A stretch of 32,000 bases of DNA from Candidatus Saccharimonadota bacterium (GTDB lineage: Bacteria > Patescibacteriota > Gracilibacteria > BD1-5 > UBA2023), in assembly GCA_963706795.1 (NCBI GenBank), contig OY970170.1, positions 600,001 through 632,000 on the forward strand. Reading direction: 5' to 3'. Positions within the stretch are counted from its first letter, which is position 1. Each line of letters begins with the position of its first letter. The notes beneath the pieces are model-generated. The model was not told the origin of the DNA. It did no database searches and saw only the letters and a list, made by a program, of their open reading frames with translations. Below are positions 18,493 to 28,254 of the stretch, in pieces. The position numbers and the translations under genes were made by a program.

Positions 18493-21400
18493 ATGAAAAA
18501 ATATCTTCTTTCGATTCTCTTCTCACTTTTTGTACTTTTTCAGATTTCCTATGTTTCTGCATACGAAATCTTAAGTGATAGTGGTGCTCTTATTACGCAT
18601 AGCTCTCCTGATTCAGTTGTTTGGTCTTCCAATGGCAATGGTGGATATGAAGCATATGGCTATCAAATTCCACTCTACCTTTCTGGTACTATGGTCGCCA
18701 ATAAATGGGGTATAACATCCCTAACTAGTGGTGTCGATTCTTTTGGCGGTAAAAGCTACTATCATATGTATTGACCTAACTACAACTGGTGAGGATATCT
18801 TTCTATGTATTACCCAGTCTTTACAGACCATACAATGTATCGTTCAGGCATAGGGCGTTTTGAAGGTGGTCTTATGGTCTATGGTACTGGTTCAAGTCTT
18901 TACCGTTTTTGTACTTATGATGGAAATAATGGTGCTGTAAGCCTTTGAGGATGATGGAACTCTGGCTATCCACAGGGCAGATTCTTTTTTGGATCAGGTT
19001 CATCTACACAGAATTTTGCTGATTGTTCAAATAGCTATCTTTGAGGTACTTTAGTGAATTGGAATTGAGAATGATCAACAGCAACCTGTTCCGACTGAAT
19101 CAAAAATCAAGATGAGACAACTGTTGATAAAGGTTGAGTCTGCACTCCGATAATGTTCAGCATATGAAATAATCTATATATAAAGCCTGATGAAACTGCA
19201 ACTGATAATAAAGTGCTTTTTGCTTCTGGTGCGACTATAGGCGCCTTCTCCCATGATTGAATTGGAGCATATCTACAGCGTGCCTCTGACTTAAAGATTT
19301 ACTATAAACTACTTTCGAATACTAACGTTAATGATTTTGGAGTTGCCAGAGAAACAGTAAGGGGTGTAAACTCTAATCTTTGTACATTATGAGACTCCTC
19401 TGATCTCACTACTCTTATCGCTTGAGGCTGTGGTTTTTACATGTTCAAGAAGAATGCGTTAGATATGTCTAGTCTTACACCTATTCTTTCTGATCCAACT
19501 GAGCATCAGTATTCTGCTCTCCCCTCCTTCTTTACAGGTTCCTCAACCATAAGGTACCAGAATGCGTATCTTTGAGGTACGTATCTGAAAAATATTTCCG
19601 ATGCAAACCATTGAGTGCCATTTCTTGTCTCTTGATTTCCCGCCTATGCAAGCTCTTCACCTTATTGACAGGCATTACGTCTAGGCAATGACTACTACTA
19701 TGTGCATGGCCTAAGTGCAACTTATGGTAAACTTTGGAAGAAAAATGCTTTCGATTCTACTGAGTGAATTCAGTTAACAGATACGAATGTACTTGGTGTT
19801 AATAGTGGGCCAGGGACTGTATTTTCTGTAAAGGAAGATTGATCTAAGGTTGTATATAGGGAAAACTCCACTGGTTATCTTTATGTGTTACCAACTTCTC
19901 TTTCATTTCCCAGTAACTGAAATCAGGTTACGAATTTTGCTGTAACAAATCCTATGTATGGCTATGCGTCAGTGAGTCAATTAGCCACTTGTTCCGACTG
20001 AATCAAAAATCAAGATGAAACAAGTGTTGATACGGGCTGAGTATGTTCGCCAACGGCCACCACTCCAGTTGTTAGTAATATATGTCCTGCAAACATGTGT
20101 TGTTCGACGGATGTAGTAAGTAGCTCTCAGTCTAATAAACAGAACCTTCTTGACACAGCTTCGATAATGGCATCAAACATTGGCGATCCGATTACTCTAT
20201 CGTCGGGTGAGTCAATATATACGGATACTTTTCTCAAAACCCAAGCTCCAGGTGTGCCGTTTGAATTTACGCTGACCAATAAAACTCGTGCTACATACGA
20301 TGGTCCCGTAGGTTTTGGATGGGATCACAACAATAACATTTTCCTACGAGAAGAAACTGATGGCTCTGTGACGTATTACGATGGGAAGCTCGGGGTTTCT
20401 CCGTTCCCTAAAAATACGGATGGGACATTTGCTCGTAATAATTCTGCAAAAGCACAACTCACGAAGACGGGTGGATTTTATGATATAACATTCGACTCAG
20501 GGAATGTGTATCACTTCGCAAACAATCTCCGTGTTGCGACGATTACAGACAAGAATCAAAACATCACAACATTTACCTACGATACGAACAATCGCCTTAC
20601 TAAAGTAACTGATTCTCTCGGTCGAGATGCGGTGTATGTGTATTTTGATAATGGTCGCATAAAAACCGTTACAGATTCAAATGGTCGAGTAGCTACTATG
20701 GCTTATTATGGCACGAGTGATCTACTTGGGAACGAAAATGACCTCAAGTTTCTCATGATTACTAATCCTGATACATCAACAAAAACAGTTTCATATCAGT
20801 ATACCAAGGTTGGCGGCAATCAGATTCTCTCTCACAATATCAGTAAACTCGTTGATGCAAAGGGGCAGACGTATGTTGAGAATACATATGACACGAATGA
20901 CCGCGTAACAGCACAGAAGTTCGGAGATGGGACGCTTACATATGCCTATGTACTTGATGCAACAAACAAATACGTCACAAAAACTACAGTTACCAACAAG
21001 CGCGGAACTGTAACCGAATACACCTACGATCAGTACGGTAATAATCTCACTATGACGGTGCTTGCTGCGGTTTGAACTGGTTCGCTTGCATATACTTATG
21101 CGTATGATGTTTCTGGTCGCATGATTTCCGAGAAGAGGCCTCGCGGGAACGGTACAACGTATGTCTACGATATTCGTGGAAATATCCTCGAAAAACGTCA
21201 AAAGATGGACATGACTGCGGCCAATAATGACGCGGTCGATCTGGTGACGAAATATGTATACGATGTAAACTACCGCAATGCTACCGAGCGTACTCTCCCA
21301 TCAGGACTCAAGACAGCATATACCTATGATACAAAGGGGAATCTGACGGAGTCTAAGGTTGTTGCCGCAACTCTTAACAGTGGTACAACGACAGATATCA

Positions 21401-24400
21401 CGATCAGTAATGAATACGACACAAAGGGCAGACTCACAAAATCCACCGATCCAGAGGGGAATATTTCAACCTATGAATACGGGACTGGAAGTGCCATTAC
21501 AAAGATTACAAAGGGGCTTCGTAATTCGGGGGCAGGTTTGGATGCTACGGCTGCAAGAGTCATAACCTATACCTACGATACTCGTGAAAACCCACTCACA
21601 ACAACTGATCCCGAGGGGAATGTAAGTACATTTACATACGATGCATTCGATCGACTTACCTCTCAGCTTTCGGCAGCAGGGATTCGGAAGAATTTTGTAT
21701 TCAGTGCGAATAACAAGATCGAGAAAACGATCACTCCGCTCACGGAATCAGTGAGTCTCACTGAGGAAAATACCTACGATACCCTTGATGAAATCATCGG
21801 CACAAAACTCAGTAGTACTCCTTCTGATGCTCGTAATCTCGTCATTGTTCGTGACAAGAACGAGAATATTGTTTCGACGACTGATCCATCAGGACTCACA
21901 ACCAAGTACACTTACGATGCACTCGAGCGTGTTACCGAAAAAAGACTCGTCACAGTCGCAAATGATCCTACAAAGGATATCGTGACCCGTTACGAATACG
22001 ATACAAATGGAAATCAGATCAAGATCACTGATCCTATCGGTGCTATTACCGTGCTTACATACGATCTCTTTGATCGTCCAAAGACCAAGACGGATGCTCT
22101 CGGCACAAAAACAACCTACACCTATGATACGGTTGGAAACATCACAGAAACTCGCACAGAAAGTGCAACAGGAGCACTCCTTGCCAAGACATCTGTTGTA
22201 TTCAATTCAATCACAAGACTACTGACACAGTCAGTATGGAATCTTTCGACAAACACACCAATAGTGCAGTCGTACACATATGATAAAAACGGAAATATCC
22301 TCACGCTCACCGATCCACGAAGCGGAGTAACGACAACGTCATATTCTCTACACTGACAACCGGTTGAGATCACTGATCCTGTTGGAAATAAAACCCAGTT
22401 TACTTACGACAAGCGCGGACTCGTCATCACTCGAAAGTCACTCACAACTGACGGGAAAATCGCCACCACATCGTATCTCTACGACGGTGATGGACGGGTG
22501 CTTTCGAGCACAGATGCACTCGGCAATATCCAAAAATATGCATACGATGCATTTGGTCGCGTAACAAAAAAGACCGATCCAGCGAATAATATTACCGACT
22601 ATATCTACGATATATTCGGCAATCTTCTGGGTGAAAATGTTCGCTTTGGAACTGGAACGGTGACTACGTCATACGAGTATAACACTGCAAACCGAGTCAC
22701 GAAACTCACAGATGCAAAGGGAAATGTAACGACATATTCTTACGATATGCTTGGTCGCAAAACCAAGCAGACATCTGCAGATGGAAGTTTCACAACCTTT
22801 GTCTACGATGCAGCATCGCGACTTACAGGATCAACGGATGCAAATGGAACTGTCGTCACCAATGTCTACGATCCACTTGGTCGCCTCACTGCACGTACTA
22901 TTGCAACCGGTACAGGTGTACTTTGAACAACGAGTGAATCATATAGCTACGATCCACTCGGTCGTCTTACTTCTGCAAATGATAACCAAAGCGGAAGCCT
23001 GAATTTCACCTATGATAGCCTAGGCCGTCTCGCAACCGAGTCACAGGGAATGGGTCAGATCAGCTATACCTACGATCTAGCTGGAAATCGTACCAATATC
23101 ACAACGGGTATGGGCTATCTCGTGGATTTGACCTATGATCCACTGAGTCGTCTTTCGGCGGTTTCGTACAATGGTGTGAATATTGCGACATACAGTTATA
23201 CAGGGGCTTCCTTGAGTTCGCTTCAGTTTGCAAATGGGGTAACTACGAGTGCGTCTCAAGATATCATCGGACGACTGACGGCTCTTGATTTTGGGGCAAC
23301 TGGTCTTCCAGGTCGTGTGTTCACATATTCAGCAAATGGAAATATCCTCTCTGATGGACAAAAGGATTATACATATGACGTACTGAGTCGACTTACTCAG
23401 ACGCAGAGCCAATCTGGTGCACTCATTGCTCCTGAAAATACACTCTACGCGTACGATGCAGTTGGGAATCGTCTCGCAGAAAATAAACTGCAAGCCACTA
23501 AGTTGTACACGACAAATATGCTCAACCAGTACCTCTCCTTGAGTGATTCTACTGCATCAGGCGCAACTACGTTCACCTACGATCTCAACGGCAATATTCT
23601 TTCGAACGCAAAGTTCAAATTTGCATACGACTATCAAAATAGACTCGTAGAAGTTCGTAATACTGCAGATAATTCGCTCGTTGCACGCTATGTCTACGAT
23701 GTCCTCGGGCGTCGTACTTCCAAGTCAGTCGGAGATGCCACAACGACCTATCTCTATGCAGGAACTGATGTCATAAAAGAGTCCAAAAAGGCTACTCCAG
23801 AATCCACAGTACTCGATACCCTTCGAGTTTACGGCAATGGCGCAGATGACCTCCTTGCATACACGACTCAGGAATCTTCCGTTGCCCCTTCTGTCTCGGA
23901 AGAATACGCTTTTTGTCTCAAATCTGTCACGCCTTCCAAGGCATCTTTCCTCAAATATGGTTGGACAGCACTCGTAGACCGATGTAACGATCTCACGACC
24001 CAAACTCAGAACGCAACGATCGCAACACATACCCACTACCTCTTCAAAGATCACCAGAATTCCACCCTCGCCCTCACCGATGCCTCAGGCTCGCTCGTCG
24101 CGTCATACTCATACGATGCATTCGGACTTCCGTACATCGCAACTGGTTCAGGAGCATTCACTCCACTCTCTATCTACACTGGTTCGCTTCACAACAACGA
24201 CCGATTCTTCACCGGTCGTGAATATGACTCAGAAACAGGACTCTACCACTACCGAGCAAGAACCTACGATCCAATCCTCGGTAGATTCCTCCAAAGAGAT
24301 CCCGTAGGAACTGCCGATCAAATCAATCTCTATACATATGTCGGGAACAATCCTGTGCGGTTTGTAGATCCGAGTGGGATGGTTATTAAGACTACACTGA

Positions 24401-24888
24401 TGGAAGCACGAGGATGAATCGCTGGGTACTATGATTTTGTACAACAACAAAAAAAGAGTGATAATTTCTCAGACTATGGACCTGCGTATGTTTCAGATAT
24501 TACCATTGCTCCTGCATTCAATCTGATTGGAAATTGGGAGAAATTATCGTCAACCGAGAGAGTTGCTAATTCTGCATTAATAATCCCCTACGATAAAGTA
24601 ATTTCATTATGAGCGGAGGCGACAATATGAACTGTAAAAACATTTGAATTAGTAACTACGCATTGACTTACGAAGAGTAAAAAGGAAATGGCAAAATTAG
24701 CTCAGGATATTGCGGAGAACGGTATAAAAGATGCTGTAAAATATATAGAATTTAAAGGTACTAAATATTTAGTTGATGGTCATCATAGACTTGCAGCCGC
24801 GAAAGAGTTACTTATAAAAGAAATACCTGCAGAAGTAGTAAAACTTCCATATAATTGATATCAGACTGTAAAAGACCTATTCTTCTAA
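18493..24888 (+). CDS. giant secreted RHS/YD-repeat polymorphic toxin (2131 aa, 30 in-frame TGA) with C-terminal ParB/Srx-like 'DGHHR' domain
   Basis: I walked the frame codon by codon from 18493 and found no TAA or TAG until 24886-24888. All five standard-code ORFs (18493.., 20095.., 21121.., 22498.., 23050..) share this frame. Signal peptide 'MKKYLLSILFSLFVLFQISYVSA'. RHS core entry 'GDPITLSSGESIYTDT...GPVGFGWDHN'. There are dozens of YD repeats ('YTYD..GN', 'Y.YD.lgRl'). The core ends at 'DPVG-x19-DPSGM' (24367-24381). Confidence 0.85.
19087..19143 (+). repeat. intragenic repeat 1 encoding Cys module 'CSDGIKNQDETTVDKGGVC'
   Basis: This 57-nt segment is near-identical to 19990..20046, for example the shared tgttccgactgaatcaaaaatcaagatga. 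In both copies, both glycines flagged G in 'SD-G-I' and 'G-G-V' are TGA. Confidence 0.8.
19990..20046 (+). repeat. intragenic repeat 2 encoding 'CSDGIKNQDETSVDTGGVC'
   Basis: See repeat 1. It lies 903 nt downstream in the same frame, immediately before the RHS core. Confidence 0.8.
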
Positions 24889-24897
24889 AACCCAACT

Positions 24898-25374
24898 ATG
24901 GCACTTTGGCAATATCAATGTCGTCTTTACCCAAGAGAAAATATTAAAACTTTACTGAAGGCAGAGATCTGAAATTTTACTATTGATTTACTAGATGAAT
25001 TAAATTTATGGAAGGAATTTAAATTACAGAAAGAGCTTTTATTAGACCTGTCTAGGATTTTGCCTTCAGTAAAGTCCTGGTCAGAGGATGTCCTAGTGTA
25101 TGGTGATACAGCTACCAGTGATATACAAATAGACATTGAATGATGATCTATAAATTCCGTATCTTTCCGTTTAGATATACAACGACCGAATAATGTGTTA
25201 CTCGCACAATTTCTTGAATTGGTAACTAAATACGAATTAAGCTGTTTTAGTCAGAACGATATTATTCTAGTGCCAGATAAAATTAGTCTTATTAAGAGTA
25301 TTAGGAAATCACCTGCATTTAACTTTGTTGCTAATCCTGAAGAATTTCTCAGTTCGTTAACCAATATTACCTAG
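24898..25374 (+). CDS. candidate cognate immunity protein (158 aa, 3 in-frame TGA), family unknown
   Basis: The ATG lies 9 nt after the toxin TAA. Under code 25 the frame is open to TAG at 25372-25374 (MALWQYQCRLYPRENIKTLLKAEIGNFTIDLLDELNLWKEF...). It shares the same low-GC block as the toxin tip and has no signal peptide or TM segment. The functional call rests on position only. Confidence 0.55.
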
Positions 25375-25380
25375 ATTCTT

Positions 25381-25983
25381 ATGCCTATTTTCCTTTCCCT
25401 TCTCATTCGACCCAAAGATTTTTTTCAAAATCACGCGCTTCAATTATCAGAAGAAACATATTATTTCTGTGCAGTATTCTACTGTGTTGCTACTAGTATC
25501 GAACAGATAGAGAAAAAGATACTCATGAAACAAAATGCCGCTATGAGTATTGGTCAGAACTGGTCTGGATACTGGGGTTCGGTAGCAATCGGTGCACTCT
25601 TCGCTATCATATCACTTGCAATCGGTGCATGGTGGTACGATAAGCGAATGAACATTGCGTGAGCTCCACGAGATTTCAATAAGGCAAAGAGACTCTATCT
25701 TTTCAGCTCACTCATCTGGGCAGTGCCACTCATCGTGAATCAGGTCTTGTACACGATTTTTGCTGCTTCACCAACTGACCAGACAGAGATTTTCTATCTG
25801 GATATGTTCAGTCTGGTATGAATCATTTTTCCATTTTACTCAGTCTGGGTAAGTTACAGTGGTGTAAAAGTTCTCAATCCAGATGCACACGCTGGTAGAC
25901 TTCGACTTTGGTTTCTGATACTTCCTGTTGTAGTATATCTTATCTGAACGGTCCTCATAATTTGAGCGATGTTTCATATGTAA
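25381..25983 (+). CDS. multi-pass membrane protein, possibly Yip1-domain family (200 aa, 4 in-frame TGA)
   Basis: ORF 25381..25662 continues in frame to TAA at 25981-25983. The N-terminus 'MPIFLSLLIRPKDFFQNH' is followed by 4-5 hydrophobic segments (WGSVAIGALFAIISLAIGAWWY, LFSSLIWAVPLIV, IIFPFYSVWVSY, LWFLILPVVVYLI). Confidence 0.5.
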
Positions 25984-25992
25984 AATCCAACA

Positions 25993-26024
25993 AATAACCC
26001 CCTGTTATGAGTCAGGGGGTTATT
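25993..26024. terminator. hairpin between convergent genes (probable bidirectional terminator)
   Basis: aataaccccctg-ttatgagt-cagggggttatt: a 12-bp stem. The flanking T-runs are short. Confidence 0.5.
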
Positions 26025-26047
26025 TAGTTCGTGCACATATTCAAAGA

Positions 26048-26647
26048 CTATGCTTCTTCCGTCTCCGTAATTTCCTCTACTTTCACTTCCTCCACCTTCT
26101 CTTCTTTTTTCTTTCCGCCCTTCTTCGAATTTTTTACTGCTTCGCTCTGATCGTGTCCGCAGGCTGCGCAGTATTTCCATGAGACATGGACTGGAGCTTT
26201 GCAGGCGATACAGTCGGCCATGAGCTCAAAACGGCAGTGAGGACAGTATTTGTGATTGCTTTCGATGGATCCATGGCAGTGAGGGCAGGCAAGACCGATT
26301 TCGACGGATTCGATGTCGGCATTGTCATCGTAGTTTTCGAGACTCTCAAGACTGGTTTCTTCGTAGTATTGCTCAAAGAGTGTAGTTCGCGGTCGGACCA
26401 AGAGATAGACAGGGAGTCCGAATATTGGCGTGAAGATCACTACCAAGAGGATCGCGAGTACCTGAAGCAATATATTAGTCGTGCGATTGGTAATGTCTTT
26501 GATCACCCAAATAATGATCGCCAGCCAGATAATGAGCCCATAAATAAGCCCAAGCTTCACCACAAAATCGAGTGTGAGGCCGGTGAGGATAACTTCATAA
26601 AACGAGATGAAGAATCCTGATGCGGAATGGATGAATTGTTCGAACAT
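26048..26647 (-). CDS. membrane protein with C-terminal double zinc-ribbon domain, hypothetical
   Basis: 199-aa ORF with three N-terminal TM segments, then 'CPHCHGSIESNHKYCPHCRFELMADCIACKAPVHVSWKYCAACGH' (four CxxC pairs) and a K/E-rich tail. It starts 2 nt after the trmD stop. Confidence 0.65.
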   Translation of the reverse strand: MFEQFIHSASGFFISFYEVILTGLTLDFVVKLGLIYGLIIWLAIIIWVIKDITNRTTNILLQVLAILLVVIFTPIFGLPVYLLVRPRTTLFEQYYEETSLESLENYDDNADIESVEIGLACPHCHGSIESNHKYCPHCRFELMADCIACKAPVHVSWKYCAACGHDQSEAVKNSKKGGKKKEEKVEEVKVEEITETEEA

Positions 26648-26649
26648 AT

Positions 26650-27297
26650 TTATGTGAGGTGACGTTTTTTCCAGTCTTCTATGCTTTTGTGATTTCCTGA
26701 GAGGAGCTCTGCGGGAACGGTTTTATTATTCCAGATTTCGGGACGAGTATAGTGGGGATATTCTCTTTTTCAATCGAGTCAGGGTGAGAATGATTCTTCG
26801 ATGAGCGATTCTTCGGATAATACTCAGGGGAGAAGTCGTACCACTCCATCAATAATGACCGTGCTTGCGAGCTCTCCAGATGTCAGGACGTATTCGCCGA
26901 GTGCGATACTCGTGACATTGTAGTGTTCGAGGATGCGCTCGTCTATGCCTTCGTAGTGGCCACACAGAAATCCAATCGATACCTCTTTACTGATTTCTGC
27001 AAGAAGCGACTGTTTTAGAACTTGACCACGAGCATCCGGATAATACCACTTGATCGGATTTTGATCGAGCGAAGCAGCGTGTTCGATGGCTCGCTCGAGT
27101 GGTTCAGGAGCAAGGATCGTTCCAGGAAATCCTCCATAGGGACGATCGTCAGCACGTCTCGTATTTTTGACTGAAAAATCCGCAAGGTTATAGACCGAGA
27201 GTTCAAAAGCTCAGCTTTCCTGGGCACGTTTCATAATGCTCGATTCAAAGTAGCTTGAGAGCGCCTTCGGAAAGAGCGTAACGAAATGTATGCGCAT
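26650..27297 (-). CDS. trmD: tRNA (guanine37-N1)-methyltransferase TrmD (215 aa, 4 in-frame TGA)
   Basis: Code-25 translation: '[42 protein letters not shown]...[22 protein letters not shown]...[17 protein letters not shown]...[31 protein letters not shown]...HYTRPEIW...[18 protein letters not shown]'. These are classic TrmD motifs. The ATG overlaps the FKBP stop (TAATG). Confidence 0.88.
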
Positions 27298-28217
27298 TAT
27301 TTTGAATTCTTGATTTCTTTAACCTCGAGGTCGAAAACGAGTGTCTTTCCTGCGAGTGGGTGTGTGTTCTTTTGAGAAGCAGAGATCGTGATGTTATCAC
27401 CATCAACCTTGATGACCTTAATCTTCTGATCCTTACCGTACATTCCTTCGAGGCCAGCTTCGAGCTTTTTATCAGTGAATGGATTCATCTTGTTAGTTAC
27501 AAGAAGAGAAACATTTTCGTTGTCGATCTTTGTGATCTTTGCTGGATTACCATCAACGACGATCTCAGTTCCTACCACCATCTTTTTTCCGTGGAATGGA
27601 TTTCCGCTATTGTCGATTTCGAGAGAAACATTGTTGTCATCGATCGCAGTAACCTTTGCCGCGAGTCCGTTTGCATTGCGAAGCACATCTCCCACCTTTG
27701 GAAGTGGACCCTGATCAGCAAGAACCTTACGAGGAACCGCCATGGCGATCGTGTCCTTTGTTTCAGTGAGAGGAATCGTTCGCTCAAGTGTAGGATCGAA
27801 GAGTTTCTTATTTACGACATTTTCTCCTTCTGAAGTCCATTCTTCACCGTAGGCATCCTTAGGAGCAATAGTAACGGTCTTTTTTTCACCAACCTTCATG
27901 CCGATGAGCGCCTTCCAAAATCCTGAGATTGAACCTCCGCCTTCTTTCGCTGTGAGCACAAATGGCGCGTAGCTTGGGCGTGGCTTGTAATCTGGAGCTT
28001 TCTTGGCTTCTTCTTGGATAGAAGAATCAAAAACGGTACCGTCTGGATAACGACCAATATAGTCAACCGATACAGTGTCGCCTTCTTTGACGATAGCGCC
28101 TTCGGCTACTTGCTTTTGAATTGTTGGATCGTTCTTTCCAGTCTCAGTGAGAGATTTAGATTGTCCACACGAAGCGAGGACCGTTGCGAGAATTGCAAAA
28201 ATGAGAACCTTTTTCAT
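27297..28217 (-). CDS. FKBP-type peptidyl-prolyl cis-trans isomerase, predicted lipoprotein
   Basis: Lipobox 'MKKVLIFAILATVLASCG'. FKBP core 'GDTVSVDYIGRYPDGTVFDSS...GFWKALIGMKVGEKKTVTIAPKDAYGE'. The C-terminal extension has repeated 'V(S/T)..(I/V)DN..V.L...N..NPF..K' units. Confidence 0.8.
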   Translation of the reverse strand: MKKVLIFAILATVLASCGQSKSLTETGKNDPTIQKQVAEGAIVKEGDTVSVDYIGRYPDGTVFDSSIQEEAKKAPDYKPRPSYAPFVLTAKEGGGSISGFWKALIGMKVGEKKTVTIAPKDAYGEEWTSEGENVVNKKLFDPTLERTIPLTETKDTIAMAVPRKVLADQGPLPKVGDVLRNANGLAAKVTAIDDNNVSLEIDNSGNPFHGKKMVVGTEIVVDGNPAKITKIDNENVSLLVTNKMNPFTDKKLEAGLEGMYGKDQKIKVIKVDGDNITISASQKNTHPLAGKTLVFDLEVKEIKNSK

Positions 28218-28254
28218 AGTTTTTAGTAAGAATTACCGGCTGATTTTAGTGGTT

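Noticed and set aside
20791-24450. Minus-strand and off-frame ORFs inside the RHS gene (for example 20791..21201 -, 23725..24054 -, 22751..23002 +, 24080..24307 +).
   Set aside because: They overlap the continuous YD-repeat reading frame. Repeat-rich DNA commonly produces open alternative frames, and none carries an independent motif.
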